Part shown: in pieces, positions 22,172-34,995 of the stretch
How positions within the stretch are numbered: position 1 is the first letter of the stretch
How the letters are laid out: each line of letters starts with the position of its first letter
Assembly (NCBI RefSeq): GCF_001447785.1
Contig: NW_015170311.1
Coordinates: 380,400-444,399, forward strand
Length of the DNA: 64,000 bases
From: Gekko japonicus
Taxonomy: Eukaryota
Direction of reading: 5' to 3'
Translations under genes and position numbers: made by a program
The notes under the pieces: generated by a model
The model's input: only the letters and a program-made list of their open reading frames with translations
What the model was told of the DNA's origin: nothing
The model's database searches: none

Positions 22172-23506
22172 CAGTATACATTCCAATCCCAAAGAAGGGC
22201 AATGCCAAGGAATGTTCAAACTATCGCACAATTGCACTCATATCACATGCTAGCAAGGTCATGCTCAAGATCCTGCAAGCTAGGCTTCAACAGTACGTTG
22301 ATAGAGAACTGCCAGAAGTACAAGCTGGGTTTCGAAGAGGTAGAGGAACGAGAGATCAAATTGCCAACATTCGCTGGATTATGGAGAAAGCAAGAGAGTA
22401 CCAGAAAAACATCTACTTCTGCTTCATTGACTATGCTAAAGCCTTTGACTGTGTGGATCACAACAAACTATGGCAGGTCCTTAAAGAGATGGGAGTACCA
22501 GACCACCTCACATGTCTCTTGAGAAACCTGTATAAGGGTCAAGAAGCAACAGTTAGAACCGGATATGGAACAACTGATTGGTTTAGCATAGGAAAAGGAG
22601 TACGACAAGGATGTATATTGTCACCTTGCTTATTTAATATATATGCAGAGTACATAATGAGAAATGCTGGCCTGGATGAATCACAAGCAGGAATTAAGAT
22701 TGCTGGGGGAAAGATCAACAACCTCAGATATGCAGACGATACCACTCTAATGGCAGAAAGTGAAGAGGACCTTAAGAGCCTCTTGCTCTAAATAAAAGAG
22801 GAGAGCGCAAAAGTGGGCTTGAAGCTCAACATCAAAAAAACTAAGATCATGGAATCCGGCCCAATCACTCCTTGGCAAATAGAAGGGGAAGTCGTGGAAG
22901 TAGTGACAGACTTCACGTTCCTGGGATCCCAGATCACCGCAGACTGTGACAGCAATGAAATTAAAAGACGCCTGCTCCTTGGGAGGAAAGCGATGGCGAA
23001 CCTCAACAGCATGATAAAAAGTAGAGACATCACCCTGCCAACAAAAGTCCGCATGGTCAAAGCAATGGTATTCCCAGTAGTCATGTATGGCTGCGAGAGT
23101 TGGACTATAAGGAAGACTGAGCGCCGAAGAATAGATTCTTTTGAACTATGGTGCTGGAGAAGACTCTTGAGAGTCCCTTGGACTGCAAGAAGATCAAATC
23201 AGTCCATCCTAAAAGAAATCAACCCTGACTGTTCCCTGGAAGGCCAGATATTGAAACTGAAGCTCAAATACTTTGGCCACCAAATGAGAAGGGAGCACTC
23301 ACTGGAGAAGACCCTGATGCTGGGAAAGATTGAAGGTCAAAGAAGACGGGGATGGCAAAGGATGTGATGGTTAGACAGTGTCATAGATGCAACAAACATG
23401 AAGTTGAGCAAACTTCAGAGCACGGCGGAAGACCAGAAGGCCTGGCGTGATCTGGTCCATGGGGTCGCGAAGAGTCGGACTCGACTGTGCAACTGAACAA
23501 CAAAAA
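22172..23506 (+). mobile_element. RTE-clade LINE BovB, 5'-truncated and young
   Basis: RT ELPEVQAGFRRGRGTRDQIANIRWIMEKAREYQKNIYFCFIDYAKAFDCVDH, GVRQGCILSP, LRYADDT. Tail GGGGTCGCGAAGAGTCGGACTCGACTG..(CAA)n. TSD ACTTAACAATGYAT. Confidence 0.95.
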
Positions 23507-24879
23507 ACTTAACAATGCATAATTTAGTTTGCTTCCAAAGCTTAACTTGTTAGTTTTTGATGTACTAAAGTTGCCTTGTGGAAACTTCAGCACATCAGTG
23601 TCGGGCAGTTAATATGTTTTGAATATTCCCTTCTATAGCAATAGCTGATAATTAGCTCTGGCATAGTACATTTCTGCTCTCTCGGACATACCAGTTATGT
23701 ACATGTGGGGGTGCATTCATATACATCAGGTTAACTTAAATGATGAAGTTACCATACAGTGACTTCAACTCATTTGAAAACACACGCACATCAGATTTTC
23801 CATATATATCATAAACATTTTGAGGTATAGAATTCAGTAGTAGAATTCATGATGCTTGTGTTATTAAATGACAAATACAATAGTAGGATGGAATTTTATC
23901 TCATGATAAGAAATACAGGACTACTAGAAGAATGACATGATGCGCATGACATAAGCCATTCACAATCTCTCTCATTTCTGAACCTTCAGGTAACTCATAA
24001 TTATGCACCTCATAATGTTGCCTCTTTATCAATGAGAGCCAGGAATTTACCAGTGTTAGGTATTCAATTCCTTGCACAGAATACTCCCAACCCTGGTTAT
24101 ACAAGTACATCATACTAGCTAAAAGTTTACAGAACTTCTTTATCGATTCTTTACCAAAGTTCTTCTTTGATAAGCTCCTCCTGCAGTCCTGTTAATGAAA
24201 CTGCAAGTCTTAGAAAAAATATACCACAATATGAAATGTTAGTGCCTCAGTCAAGGAACAGTTATAATATAGGAACACAACCCTGGTTAAGTCTCTTGTT
24301 TCCTCAGACATACCTCCAAGAAAAGTCATTTTCAAGAGGCAATTATTTACAGTACTGCTAAATGAACTAACATCATACTCTCAAGTAAGATTTGGTTCCC
24401 TTGGTTTACTTTATAAAGGTTACAACACTTCTTAGATAGTTATTCTTCCAGGTTGCCACAAGACCAGATCACGAATTAAAGAAAATATTTGTCCGCCTCA
24501 CATATACTACATACCAGCATACAGGCAAACAAAAATTTTGCAGCTGCTGTTTCTGTGAGTTCTAAATTAGCATGCTGCCAAGGAAAATATTTTGCAGCAC
24601 GCAAAACATTAAACAAATGTTTCGGAGAGAATAAAGCAAGTTACACTGTGGTATTAAGCAAAGCAACTGGGAACTTTTTTCTTACAACAGTTACCATTTA
24701 AGTATACTTTGTCAGGAACAAAATGCCATTTCATCAAGCAAGACCATGTGATTTTTGTTTCTATAAACATTTAAAAGGAAACAAAAAATTCTGGTCAAAA
24801 TCAGTCATCCTTAAACCAAACATATGAGTTTCGATCAATATTTCCTTCCCCACTATGATCATCACAGAGAGGGAGAGGG

Positions 24880-25147
24880 AGAGAGAGAGCGCATCCCTGA
24901 ATATATAGTTGCAGGACACAGGTTACTTCCAATTCCAATAACCTTTAGGGGGGGGAGAGAGAGAGAGAGAGAGCGCATCCCTGAATATATGAACACTGAA
25001 GCTGATGCAGAATGTTGTGGCTAACTGTACTTCCTAGTAAACTTGGGGAGGTAAGAACATAAGGAATCAGTTCTCTAGCAAATTGCTAGCTTCTGGACTG
25101 CTTGCTAGTTGCTGGACACAGGTTACTTCCAATTCCAATAACCTTTA
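24880..25147. repeat. Interleaved local duplications with (GA)n runs
   Basis: GAGAGAGAGCGCATCCCTGAATATAT occurs twice. GGACACAGGTTACTTCCAATTCCAATAACCTTTA occurs twice (about 24915 and 25115). Confidence 0.8.
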
Positions 25148-25577
25148 TTGGCATACCATAACTCTATGAAAGGAATAGCAGTACAAATCAACCCATATGT
25201 CAAGGTTACTTGCTTTCAACCCCCTTCTGTGGCCTAGGTTCAAAACACCTAAAGGCTAAAACCACACATGATGCTGGAGATCCATTATCACATGTGAGTT
25301 TTAGCACCATGAAATACCAGTGTGATTAAACGACAGCTGCCATTTGAATACTAAAGATACTCCTTCAGGTTTTCATGTATTTGCAGGTTTAAACTATATT
25401 AAAATTCTCTCTTTTTTTGGGGGGGGATCAAATACAAATAATATAAGTTTAGTCATAACTAAGTTCCGCCAAAACCAACAGAATGGTACTGTCATGACTA
25501 AGTTACTTAATTATTCCAAACTTTTTCTGGACTTTACTCCTCTGAGGGAAAAAATGACAAACTGAAAAATATCTTAC

Positions 25578-25703
25578 TTGATCTGTCTTCTCTGGCTGTT
25601 TTTTATCTGCCTCTAGAAGGTGGCAGTTTTCTTTTGCCAGTTTCTGGATCAGTTCAAGGCGCCCGATGTCCTCTTGTTCTTGAAGTTTGCACATAACTCC
25701 TGC
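25578..25703 (-). CDS. RAPGEF5: RAPGEF5 internal coding exon (degenerate CNB region)
   Basis: 126 nt, phase 0/0, AG..GT. Encodes AGVMCKLQEQEDIGRLELIQKLAKENCHLLEADKKQPEKTDQ, matching recalled human AGVMCKLQERDEIGRIELVQKLAKEN. Confidence 0.93.
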
Positions 25704-26584
25704 CTTCAGAGTTGGAGGGAAAGTGAATAGATATTTAAATCCACAATCCCAGGACATGACACGGATGTTTAACTTTACAAAAAACTCCTCATTTTCATTG
25801 TTCCCTCTAACTCTGACTTTTATGCCTAAAATAATATTGCTTCTTGTTGCAAAAGGCACAAAAAGTTCTTACTGATATAATTCTTCCATGCTATGCTATC
25901 TGCTTAGCAAAATGAAGACAGAACTAAATCAACTGCTACTATGGGTGCAGCTAATATACGAGCAGTATGTTTGTTCCCGTCAACTTGTTTCCTGTTACAT
26001 AAGAGAAACGTAGCAAGAGGTTAGAAATCCATGGGAAAGTTAGCCAAGAACAGCCCTGGAAAAGGATGGAGAGCAAGAGAGTCATCCCTAAAAATAACAG
26101 CACAATCTTGTATTTCTCACACTCCACCCTTCTTTGTGTGCATGTAATATTTCAGCTGCTATATGTTAAATACAAATTATGGCAAGCAAATACATAATAA
26201 ATAATTCTTATGTTTCAGACATATAATTTTATCTGGAAAAGTTTTAAAAACAAATGCTTAGTTTTGTATCAAACAAGTCAGTCAATTATTTTGATTTTTC
26301 AAATTCACTTTCTGTATCAGTGCATGTGAATACAAATATTATTATGAATGGAAATACAAGACTGGCTCAGACCAATAGCTCATTGGCTCCACCCTCTTCT
26401 GAAAGGCAGGGACTTCCACTTACCCCTCCCCCAACATGTTTATTCACATTATTCAGACAGCAACGACTCACAAACATAAGAAATTAATTACATGCATTGC
26501 TCTACAGTACATGCAGAATCATCAGCTCCAGATAAACCAGGAAAGTCACTAGCTATAGAAAAAGTCAAGTCATCATCACAGAAG

Positions 26585-26640
26585 CATAGAATCATAGAGT
26601 TGGAAGGGGCCATACAGACCATCTAGTCCAACACCCTGCC
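26585..26640 (-). mobile_element. CR1 extreme 3' end
   Basis: Minus strand GTTGGACTAGATGG...CCCTTCCAACTCTATGATTCTATG, the typical CR1 tail. Confidence 0.8.
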
Positions 26641-29154
26641 CATCCATGTTCACTCTTCAATCTAACCTGGTAGAAATTTATTTCCACCTTGGTAAACCCA
26701 CTGTTGGGGGGATGGGCACAAGGCTACATGTGATTGTTGTATGGGCTACATGGATCACCACCCTACCCTTAAAAAAAGAAAGTTCTGTGCAGAAACACAC
26801 TCAGAACAGCTCAAGAAGTTTTTGCCCATTTTACTTATTGCACAAAAGAAAAATTACACACTACTGCACTTTTTGCAGTAGTCACAGCCCAGTGTTGAAT
26901 GTGCACTTTCAGTTGTAAAGCGAGTCCTGGAAAATATATCCCTAGAGGAAAGCCATAATGCCAGTAAATGAATCAGCTAAAAGTGGCATGAAGGTGAAAT
27001 ATTGGATCCCTGGGGAAACAGAGGGCAAATCACTTTCATCACATTCAACTCAAAATATTACTAAACAAGATTTAAGGAGCAATGTTAAACAGGTCTACTC
27101 AGAATCTCAGGTCTGTTCAGTGAGACTTGCTTCCAGAAAAATGTTCTTAGAATTGCACTGTTAAACTCAGAAATTATCCCTAGTTTTATACCAGGGCCCA
27201 TTTTGTGTATTGCCTATAGACAAAGTGGGAAAAAATCATTTCTGCCTTTAATATTTTGGAGTTTTTAATTCTATCACTGGGTCTATTCAGATGGTAAGTC
27301 AGCACTTGGCAAAGTAGTCAACTGGACACATAACTAATACAGGACAAACTATGATGACTCTTTTAACAAGTCAGGTCAGGATTCTCCCAACCCAGATGAC
27401 TTTTCTTGCAGCTTCACTGCACTTATGGAAAACTTACTTCCCCAAGTACACAGGGCTGAACTCATATCAGCACTGTCACTGTGGCACTGGAGAAGGAGTG
27501 GGTCCAGTGCCCCCCCCCCCGGAACCATTTTCCTGAGTTGAAGCAGCCCAGGGGGTACTTTTTGCCCTGTTGCATGTCTGCATATGCTGTCATCTCTATT
27601 GCCCGGCCTTGATAGAAAAATACTGTCCTACTTTTTCAAGTGGTCATAAAATCCAAGGAAGCTGGGGAGTGGGAACATTCTTTTTACCACTTGACAAAAT
27701 AATACAGATGATGGGCTTGCTAAGTGGTTATATGCAGACCTGGTAAATTACTACTTGGCAAACAGCTATCTGCATTCACCTCGGTTTTACCTGTAGAAAA
27801 TAATTCTGATTTTACAGTTTCAGTCATACTGTAATATATTCTCTCTTATCCTTCCACTATTATTTATGTTCCATTTCATCAATCTCCATGTAGCCAAAAC
27901 AGACAGTAGTGGACACTGATAGACACACTTTACAATATTTGTGAAACGTCAAGACCAGCTTCCAGATGAACTGATTGACTGGTTTCACTGAAATTAAATC
28001 ATTACTGTTTTCAATAATCCACCCATATAATCTTATTAGCATGCTGCTTATTAGAGCAGATGAATGCTTAATGAATTCTTTTGTTTCTAGATCTTGAACA
28101 AAAAACCTTGAAATTAGTATTCATATAAACTAATTATGATAACAAATGGAACCAGAGTGATGAGAAAATTCTAGACATGAAAAGCTGCTAAATGATGGGT
28201 CATTTCAGCTGCTGTGTAGTAACCTCTTTAGTAATAACAAGTTTGGTTTACCTACCACTGAAATATATCATCATTTCCCATTGAGTTTCTCTAGAATATC
28301 TTGTATTTAAGCAGACATCATATTCTGGAGGCTTCAAATCATTCAATAGGAACAGCAAAGCATTCTCTCAATGATCTTACTTCTCACTACTCTGTCCCAA
28401 AGCCACACCTCTAGTTGGTAGAAAACTGCTAGAATATGTACAGATGCAAATTCAGTGAATCTATGCAGAAGTTAAAAAAAATTCTGCTGGGGCAAGCAAG
28501 CACAAAGAAAAATGAATTTAATTTCAGGATGGGGATAACTACATAATAAATAAAAAATGACACCTAAATCTTCACTAATTCTCCCAATCTGGTTCATTAA
28601 TACAGTCAGAAGACCAGATCCACAACTATACACGTTTGATTATACATTCTCTAGCATTACATTCTGTACATGCGTTTGCTTCATGATATTTTTTTAAAGA
28701 CTCTCAGAAGGAAGAACTTAAATCCCATGCTTTATTTTTGTATATAGCCAAAATACCCTTCTTTCATTATTTTTTAGAACTCTTCAAATCCTTCATTAGT
28801 TGCATCTATATTATAAATTGAGTGGCATTGCATTCACACATCACCTCACTACTTGACAATATCTATTCCACTGAACCAGAATGCCATCACAGCACATAAA
28901 ATATTGTTATCTCTTCTGATATATTGTATTTGACTGGGTGTGTAGACCCATATGATCTAGTTGTAGAAGTCACTGCCAAAGGTGAATATTGGAGCATCCG
29001 TGAATCACTGGCTCAAAACAGTTTGGAGCTGTATAGAAATATTGATTTCTAAATGTCTCCTGCATGCTCCTGTGATATATTTTTCTGATAACAGGCTATG
29101 CCTTGTTTCCTGTTATTGTAGTGAAGATTTAGTGATCCATACATTCCAATACTA

Positions 29155-29688
29155 TCATTATTAATAAAAGTGCCAATGATATTTTGCTTAATTTTGCATA
29201 AGGTGGGACCCATATGTAGTAATAAACATACTGGTTAGGGGAGGGTACATGCACAAATGAGGGAGGAGTAAAAAATGATCGCCCTCCTCTCTCTTCCATC
29301 AGCACATTGAAACTGAAGGAAGAATGAAGAGAGGGTAATTTCGCCCCATTCTCTTTAGCACAGCCCCTGGGATCACATAGGTCTTTGTCCATGAGGGACC
29401 CATGACCCTAGAAATCAGCTTTCCCTCATTATTAATAAAAGCTCCAATGATATTTTGCATAAGGTGGGACCCATATGTAGTAATAAACATACTGGTTAGG
29501 GGAGGGTACATGCACAAGTGAGGGAGGAGTAAAAAAATATCACCCTCTCCTCTCTCTTCCATCTGCACATTGAAACTGAAGGAAGAACGAGGAGAGGGTA
29601 ATTTCACCCCCTTCTCTTTAGCACAGCCCCTGGGACCACATAGGTCTTTGTCCATGAGGGACCCATGACCCTAGAAATCAGCTTTCCC
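29155..29688. repeat. About 270-bp tandem duplication (2 copies)
   Basis: Copies at 29155-29425 and 29426-29688, with scattered substitutions and a small indel. It produces the twin MDKDLC ORFs. Confidence 0.9.
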
Positions 29689-30154
29689 AGGGTCAGAAAA
29701 GACTGGTGGAAAGTTCTGCATCCTTTAGAACCTTTGGTAAATCCAACCCCATATCACACAATTAATTGTCTACAGTCAAGTCTTAGAATAAGACATTTAT
29801 TTCTGTCCGTCAGGTGCCTATACTATGAACCCAATGAAGTTAATTTATCATTAGTCTCCATCATTCACATACACATGCAGACAAGGCCCCCCAATAAATA
29901 CAAGTGCCAAGTACTGAAGAAAGTCTATTATGAGACATAATGACATATCTGCAGGACAGCCTCTCTCCCTACACTCTGCCACAACAGCATTGCTAATATG
30001 AGCGGGGCCTTCTGCAGGTGCCATCCTGCAAATGGGCAAAATCAACAACTTCTTATGTGTACTTATGCTTATGTGTGCTGGGGGAAGATCTCTGTTTCTT
30101 TTTGGGGTTCTCAGTAAGTGTTGTATTTCACAAGACAATACAAAACATTTCTAC

Positions 30155-30237
30155 CTGTGTACTGTAGATATCCTTGCAGTCTTCTTGCTCTGTTTCTTCT
30201 TCACTGTTGATTTCATCATTTTGATTCATTTCGAGGG
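30155..30237 (-). CDS. RAPGEF5: RAPGEF5 internal coding exon (acidic linker)
   Basis: 83 nt, phase 1/0, TTTTTTTCAG acceptor and CAG|GTAG donor. Encodes (A)LEMNQNDEINSEEETEQEDCKDIYSTQ. It restores the frame between flanking exons and is positionally equivalent to human AIEQDEENNDK...SQ. Confidence 0.8.
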
Positions 30238-31544
30238 CTGAAAAAAATGAGTTGTGCATCAGACACTGTCAGGGAATCCAAGGCAGAACCCCATGAATCC
30301 CCAAGGCAGTTGTACAAAAGTAACCAGACCTTCAATAAATTTTATTTTTAAAAGGGTTTATGAAATTTATTTGATTTCTAACAGACTTAAAGATTCGAAC
30401 TACAAGTAACACATTATATCAGAATCATATAGCAGGAAACCAAGAGAACTAGCTTAACTACCTAACATTTTTTCCAGGAGCTGTATTAGATAGCACAAAC
30501 TTTAAGTCCAAGAGTCAAAAGGCCTTAGCACAGGCATTCTCTACATTGCTAGCAATTGCAATTCAAGTGTGACATACAGACCATTAGTCCATCAGAATCC
30601 AAGGTAGCTTTTTTTCACCGGGTTCTTAGCTCAATTATATTTTTTGGTCAAGGAACATCAGGCAATGATGATAATCAGCATACAGTCTTGCTGGAATCTT
30701 CTAGAAAATTACCTCACCAATCCCAATCTCTGACCTCCTATCTAGTGACTACAGGTTCTCATGAGAAGCTAATTACCACCTTCCCTACTCTGGCCTTGTA
30801 GGTGATATGGACTATGCAGAGTAGAGCCCATTACCAGTCAAATTAACCCTTGAGGGGGAAAGTCAGAGGTGCTTTCCCTAACAGACAGATACTTGGTTTT
30901 CTCTAATGCAGTCTTTAGAAAAAGAACTCCCTCGGTACAACAGTCTGGCACTCAGACACGCATGCACAAGCTCCAGTAAGTTCAAGGAAATTTGTTTTTA
31001 GTATGTCCAGATAAAATATGGGACACAGTTCATGCATGTTTAATAGTTCTGCAGAATTGGGAATTTCAGCAGAAATAGGATGACTCAGCAATAAAAGTTG
31101 CCTCTGCTGACATTCTTCTTCCTTATACTGAACAAAGGTATAGGAACCTCATATTTGATCTGGCAGTCCTAGACTGTAAGCATCTTTGTATACTGTTAAA
31201 ATCTACATAAGGAACATTTTCACACTCTAACTCAGGTATATTAAAAAGTTACTTGAGACAGCAGTGCTAAATCCTGTTTTTTACTGGAAAGTTGAATAAA
31301 ATTAAAGTTAGACTATGTATATTATCATAGAACAAGTACAAAACTACTGGGCATTGGTTTCCAGCTAGCTCAAGTATATATTGGCAATGCATAGAACACG
31401 GGCTGATAAAATATATTCTGAAATAGAAAATAAGCAATCACAACGGTTTGCAATTCTAACTGTGCATTTTTGCACTATATACAAACTAGGGAGCAAAGTC
31501 CATTGTGGACGGAGACAACGGGCGCCTAGAAAGGTAGGGTGGGT

Positions 31545-31837
31545 GGGAAAAGAAAGGAAGGAAGGAAGGTAGGAAGGAAGGAGAGAGAGAGAGAGAGAGA
31601 GAGAGAAAAGAAGGAAGGAAGGAAGAAGGGGAGGAGGCAGGGNNNNNNNNNNNNNNNNNNNNNNNNNNNNNNNNNNNNNNNNNNNNNNNNNNNNNNNNNN
31701 NNNNNNNNNNNNNNNNNNNNNNNNNNNNNNNNNNNNNNNNNNNNNNNNNNNNNNNNNNNNNNNNNNNNNNNNNNNNNNNNNNNNNNNNNNNNNNNNNNNN
31801 NNNNNNNNNNNNNNNNNNNNNNNNNNNNNNNNNNNNN
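31545..31837. other. Purine-rich (GAAG)n/(GA)n tract running into an assembly gap (N 31643-31837)
   Basis: Direct observation. Confidence 0.95.
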
Positions 31838-32696
31838 TCAGTCTGACGCTGCGTCTTACTGAATTATATATAAGGGAGAGATATGTGTGCCTGTAATTAT
31901 GCATATATGCAAACGGTTTGCTTGAACATGCTTCCTCAAATAAAATTTTAAATTGAAAGTCAATTTATCGTGGTAAATGACACTTAGGAAATTTCCCCCT
32001 CAAGTAGTTAGCTCACACTTTACCTTACCCATGTGGTTAACTTTCTTTATTGTAGCTGAGATTTTAATAACACTGGTATGGACTTTACCAATTGCACAAA
32101 CAAACAGAGAGTACTTTTAGGAACACCCAATAGTGGTGTAGAACTCTCCATGTGATTCAGAGGATCCAAGTGGAAAGCCAGGAAAGATGTCTGACACAAT
32201 GAGAACCATCTCATTAAAGCCTCCAGCCAGAGAGATCAAGTAACATGTAGACAGGTATTAATATCTACACTTACTACCAAGCAGGGGTCATTTCGTAAAA
32301 AAAGAGGTGCGAGAGCTCATTAGCATAACTTATTAGCATAACTTATTTGCATATGCCACACCCCCTGACAAGTGTGTCAGAAGGCAACACCTGCCGCTCA
32401 GGCTCCACCCCAAAAATCTCCAGGTATTTCCCAACTCAGAGCTCATCTCCCAAACATAACATTTTCAGGTCACTCAATTTCTAATTTGTATAATTTTCAT
32501 GGGCAGAGAGTAGGCTTGCCAGGTCTTTCAGGCCACCAGCAAGGGGTGTGGTAGCCAGATCCAGGTTGGAGATTTGGGTTTTGGAGCATGGGGAGGACAG
32601 GGACCTCAGTAGGTACAATGCCACAGATTCCACCCTCCAAAGTATCCATTTTCTCCAGAGGAAATGATCTCTGTAGTCTGGAGATGAGCTGCAATT

Positions 32697-32942
32697 CCCT
32701 CTGACTGGCAGATGCTCCTGAATTCTATTTCTTTCCCCCGCCCCTTCCCTTTGCCTCCAAGCTGGGCGAAGGAAGGATCTCAGGCACTTCTGCCTGACAG
32801 AGGGGTGTGCATGCCTGCCCCTCTGACTGGCAGATGCTCCTGAGTTCTATTCCTTTCCCCCTGCCCCTTTCCCTTTGCCTCCAAGCTGGGCGAAGGAGGG
32901 GGGGATATCAGGTGCTTCTGCCTGACAGGGGCTGGCGTGCTT
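32697..32942. repeat. About 121-bp tandem duplication inside the composite element
   Basis: CCCTCTGACTGGCAGATGCTCCTGA...TTTGCCTCCAAGCTGGGCGAAGGA occurs twice. Confidence 0.85.
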
Positions 32943-33127
32943 GCGGCCAACCAAGGTGCAACCTGAAACCTCGAAAGCAAGCAGCAATGCCACTGAATCC
33001 CACATGCTAACCCAAATCCTATTTCAGTATTTATGTTCTATCTTCTTGGTTCTATTGACTCTCTGTGTAATCCACCTGGAGTTCCAGAGATTAAGGCGGG
33101 TTAAAAATAAGGTAAATAAATACTGTC

Positions 33128-33270
33128 TACACTGACTGGCAGTGGCTCACATCTATTTAACATCTTTAACTTCCCTTTAACACCTAATCCTTCTAAACTG
33201 GAGATGAGAGGGACTGAAACTGGGACCTTCTGCATGCCAGGCAGAGGTTCTACCCCTGAGCCACAGCCCC
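33128..33270 (-). mobile_element. tRNA-derived SINE (Squam2-like)
   Basis: Minus strand GGGGCTGTGGCTCAGGGGTAGAACCTCTGCCTGGCATGCAGAAGGTCCCAGTTTCAG. Confidence 0.75.
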
Positions 33271-33680
33271 TCCCAAGGGACCCTTGGCCAACATGGATTC
33301 CCAACTGATCAGGGACTGCCTGGAAAAAGACACTGGACAAGTGAAGGAAGCCTTTTCTCCTCCTCCTCCTCCTCCTCTTGGCCCAGGAGTCCTGCAGTCT
33401 ACTAGAAAAAGCGAAGACAGGGGCCGGGGGAGGAGGAGAAAAACATTATTGAGCCCTCCTTTGAACAGTTTGCGGAAGCGGGGGAGAGCCACACAAGGAA
33501 GCACTGGTGATTGGGGCAGAAGTTTTTCCTTCCTGCATTGCAGCGCCTACCTGCTGTAAGAGGTCTCTGCTGAGCCAGAACGACCCTTGAGTGCTGCAGC
33601 TGCGAGTGCCAGGGGAATGTACTGCACAATGCGAGGCAGCGACCGGCACCTAATCATCTGTTTTAGATGGCACCGACTCT

Positions 33681-33868
33681 GCAGCTTGGTGGAGTGCTGG
33701 GCAAGGAGACCCAGTCTAAATCCCCACTGGCTCTAGGCACACCCTCTCTCAGCCCAACCCAATTCACAGGGTTATTGTGAGGGGAATGGAGGAGAGGAGA
33801 AGGAGAGGAGAGCTGCTTTGGGTCCCCGCTGGGGAGAAAGGCGAGGTATAAATGAATTGGATAAATAA
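33681..33868 (+). mobile_element. Older CORE/MIR-like SINE
   Basis: CTCTCTCAGCCCAACCCAATTCACAGGGTTATTGTGAG core and GGTATAAATGAA tail. Confidence 0.7.
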
Positions 33869-34578
33869 GCTTGGACTGCTAAACAAGCTAGCTTTCACCA
33901 CCCGCCGGGAGCCACAGAAGGGAAATGAAATCCCTGCCCTGAAAGGGGTGGTGGTGGGGAGCCGATCGGCCTCTCCCCGTGGGGCTTTCGCAGCAGGGAA
34001 AAGCCCAGTGCTTGTGGGTAAACCGGTGTGGTGGAGGCCATAAAAAACTGTCTCCTCAGGCCCGAGGGGGCAGCAGGCTCAGATCAGCAGCCTCTTCCTG
34101 GCAGAGAGACCTGCCAGCCGGTGGAGCGCAGGACCCCAGTAGCCAGAGGGAGGAGGTGAAGGGCCTCCAACAAAGTCTGGATCTGGGCGGAGAAGCCAAG
34201 CAGGGGGGTAATCCACAGAACCACCCTCAGATGGAGTGGCGTGGGGGTTTCGGCACTCAGAGCTGCCTCCAGGCTCCTGCCGCCCGAGCCTTTTTTGCAA
34301 GTCGACTCAAGCCGCTGGGAATGCAGGAAGGTTTCGAGGGCAGTGGGAGAAGTGTGTCACTGTCACTGTACCACGGCAGTAGAGGCCTTCGGTACAGGCC
34401 ACCATGGATGGAAAGACAAGGCGGCGGCAGGGATGCTCTGAACCAAGAACAGCAGCTCAGGCCCCCACCCACTCTGATATTCGCCGCTCCCCCCTGAAAG
34501 TCCACCATCTGACCGGCGGGGTCTGCAAATCTTACTGGCAGGGAGCGCAGATGCCAAGATAAGCCAAGCAATTTGGCG

Positions 34579-34995
34579 CCTGTTCCTCAATGCCCTCTTG
34601 GTTCACCCGGGGCTTCCTCTGGGCATCCCCTGGAGGGTGAGACAAAGCCCTCCTCCTCTATTAGACAGTAGGGCATGACTCGTGGCGAGGTTAGGGCAGG
34701 TGGGCCTTTCCTGGGGCACCACGCCTCTGCGTGTCCCAGGAAAGGTGAGGAGGGAGTGAGCAGGCAACTTACCTTCTTTCTTCTGCCCTGTTCCTCAATG
34801 CCCTCTTGGTTCACCCGGGGCTTCCTCTGGGCATCCCCTGGAGGGTGAGACAAAGCCCTCCTCCTCTATTAGACAGTAGGGCATGACTCGTGGCGAGGTT
34901 AGGGCAGGTGGGCCTTTCCTGGGGCACCACGCCTCTGCGTGTCCCAGGAAAGGTGAGGAGGGAGTGAGCAGGCAACTTACCTTCTTTCTTCTGCC
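34579..34995. repeat. 208-bp perfect tandem duplication
   Basis: Identical units start at 34579 and 34787, giving the identical ORF tails 34587-34853 and 34795-35103. Confidence 0.9.

Noticed and set aside
1-25577. Downstream RAPGEF5 exons (REM region) or a short-isoform first exon
   Set aside because: I found no matching translation with splice sites by eye; they probably lie beyond the left edge.
31480-31860. Possible repeat (ACTAG...ACAACGGGCGCCTAG) spanning the gap, and ORFs containing X
   Set aside because: The interior is hidden by Ns; the ORFs are gap artefacts.
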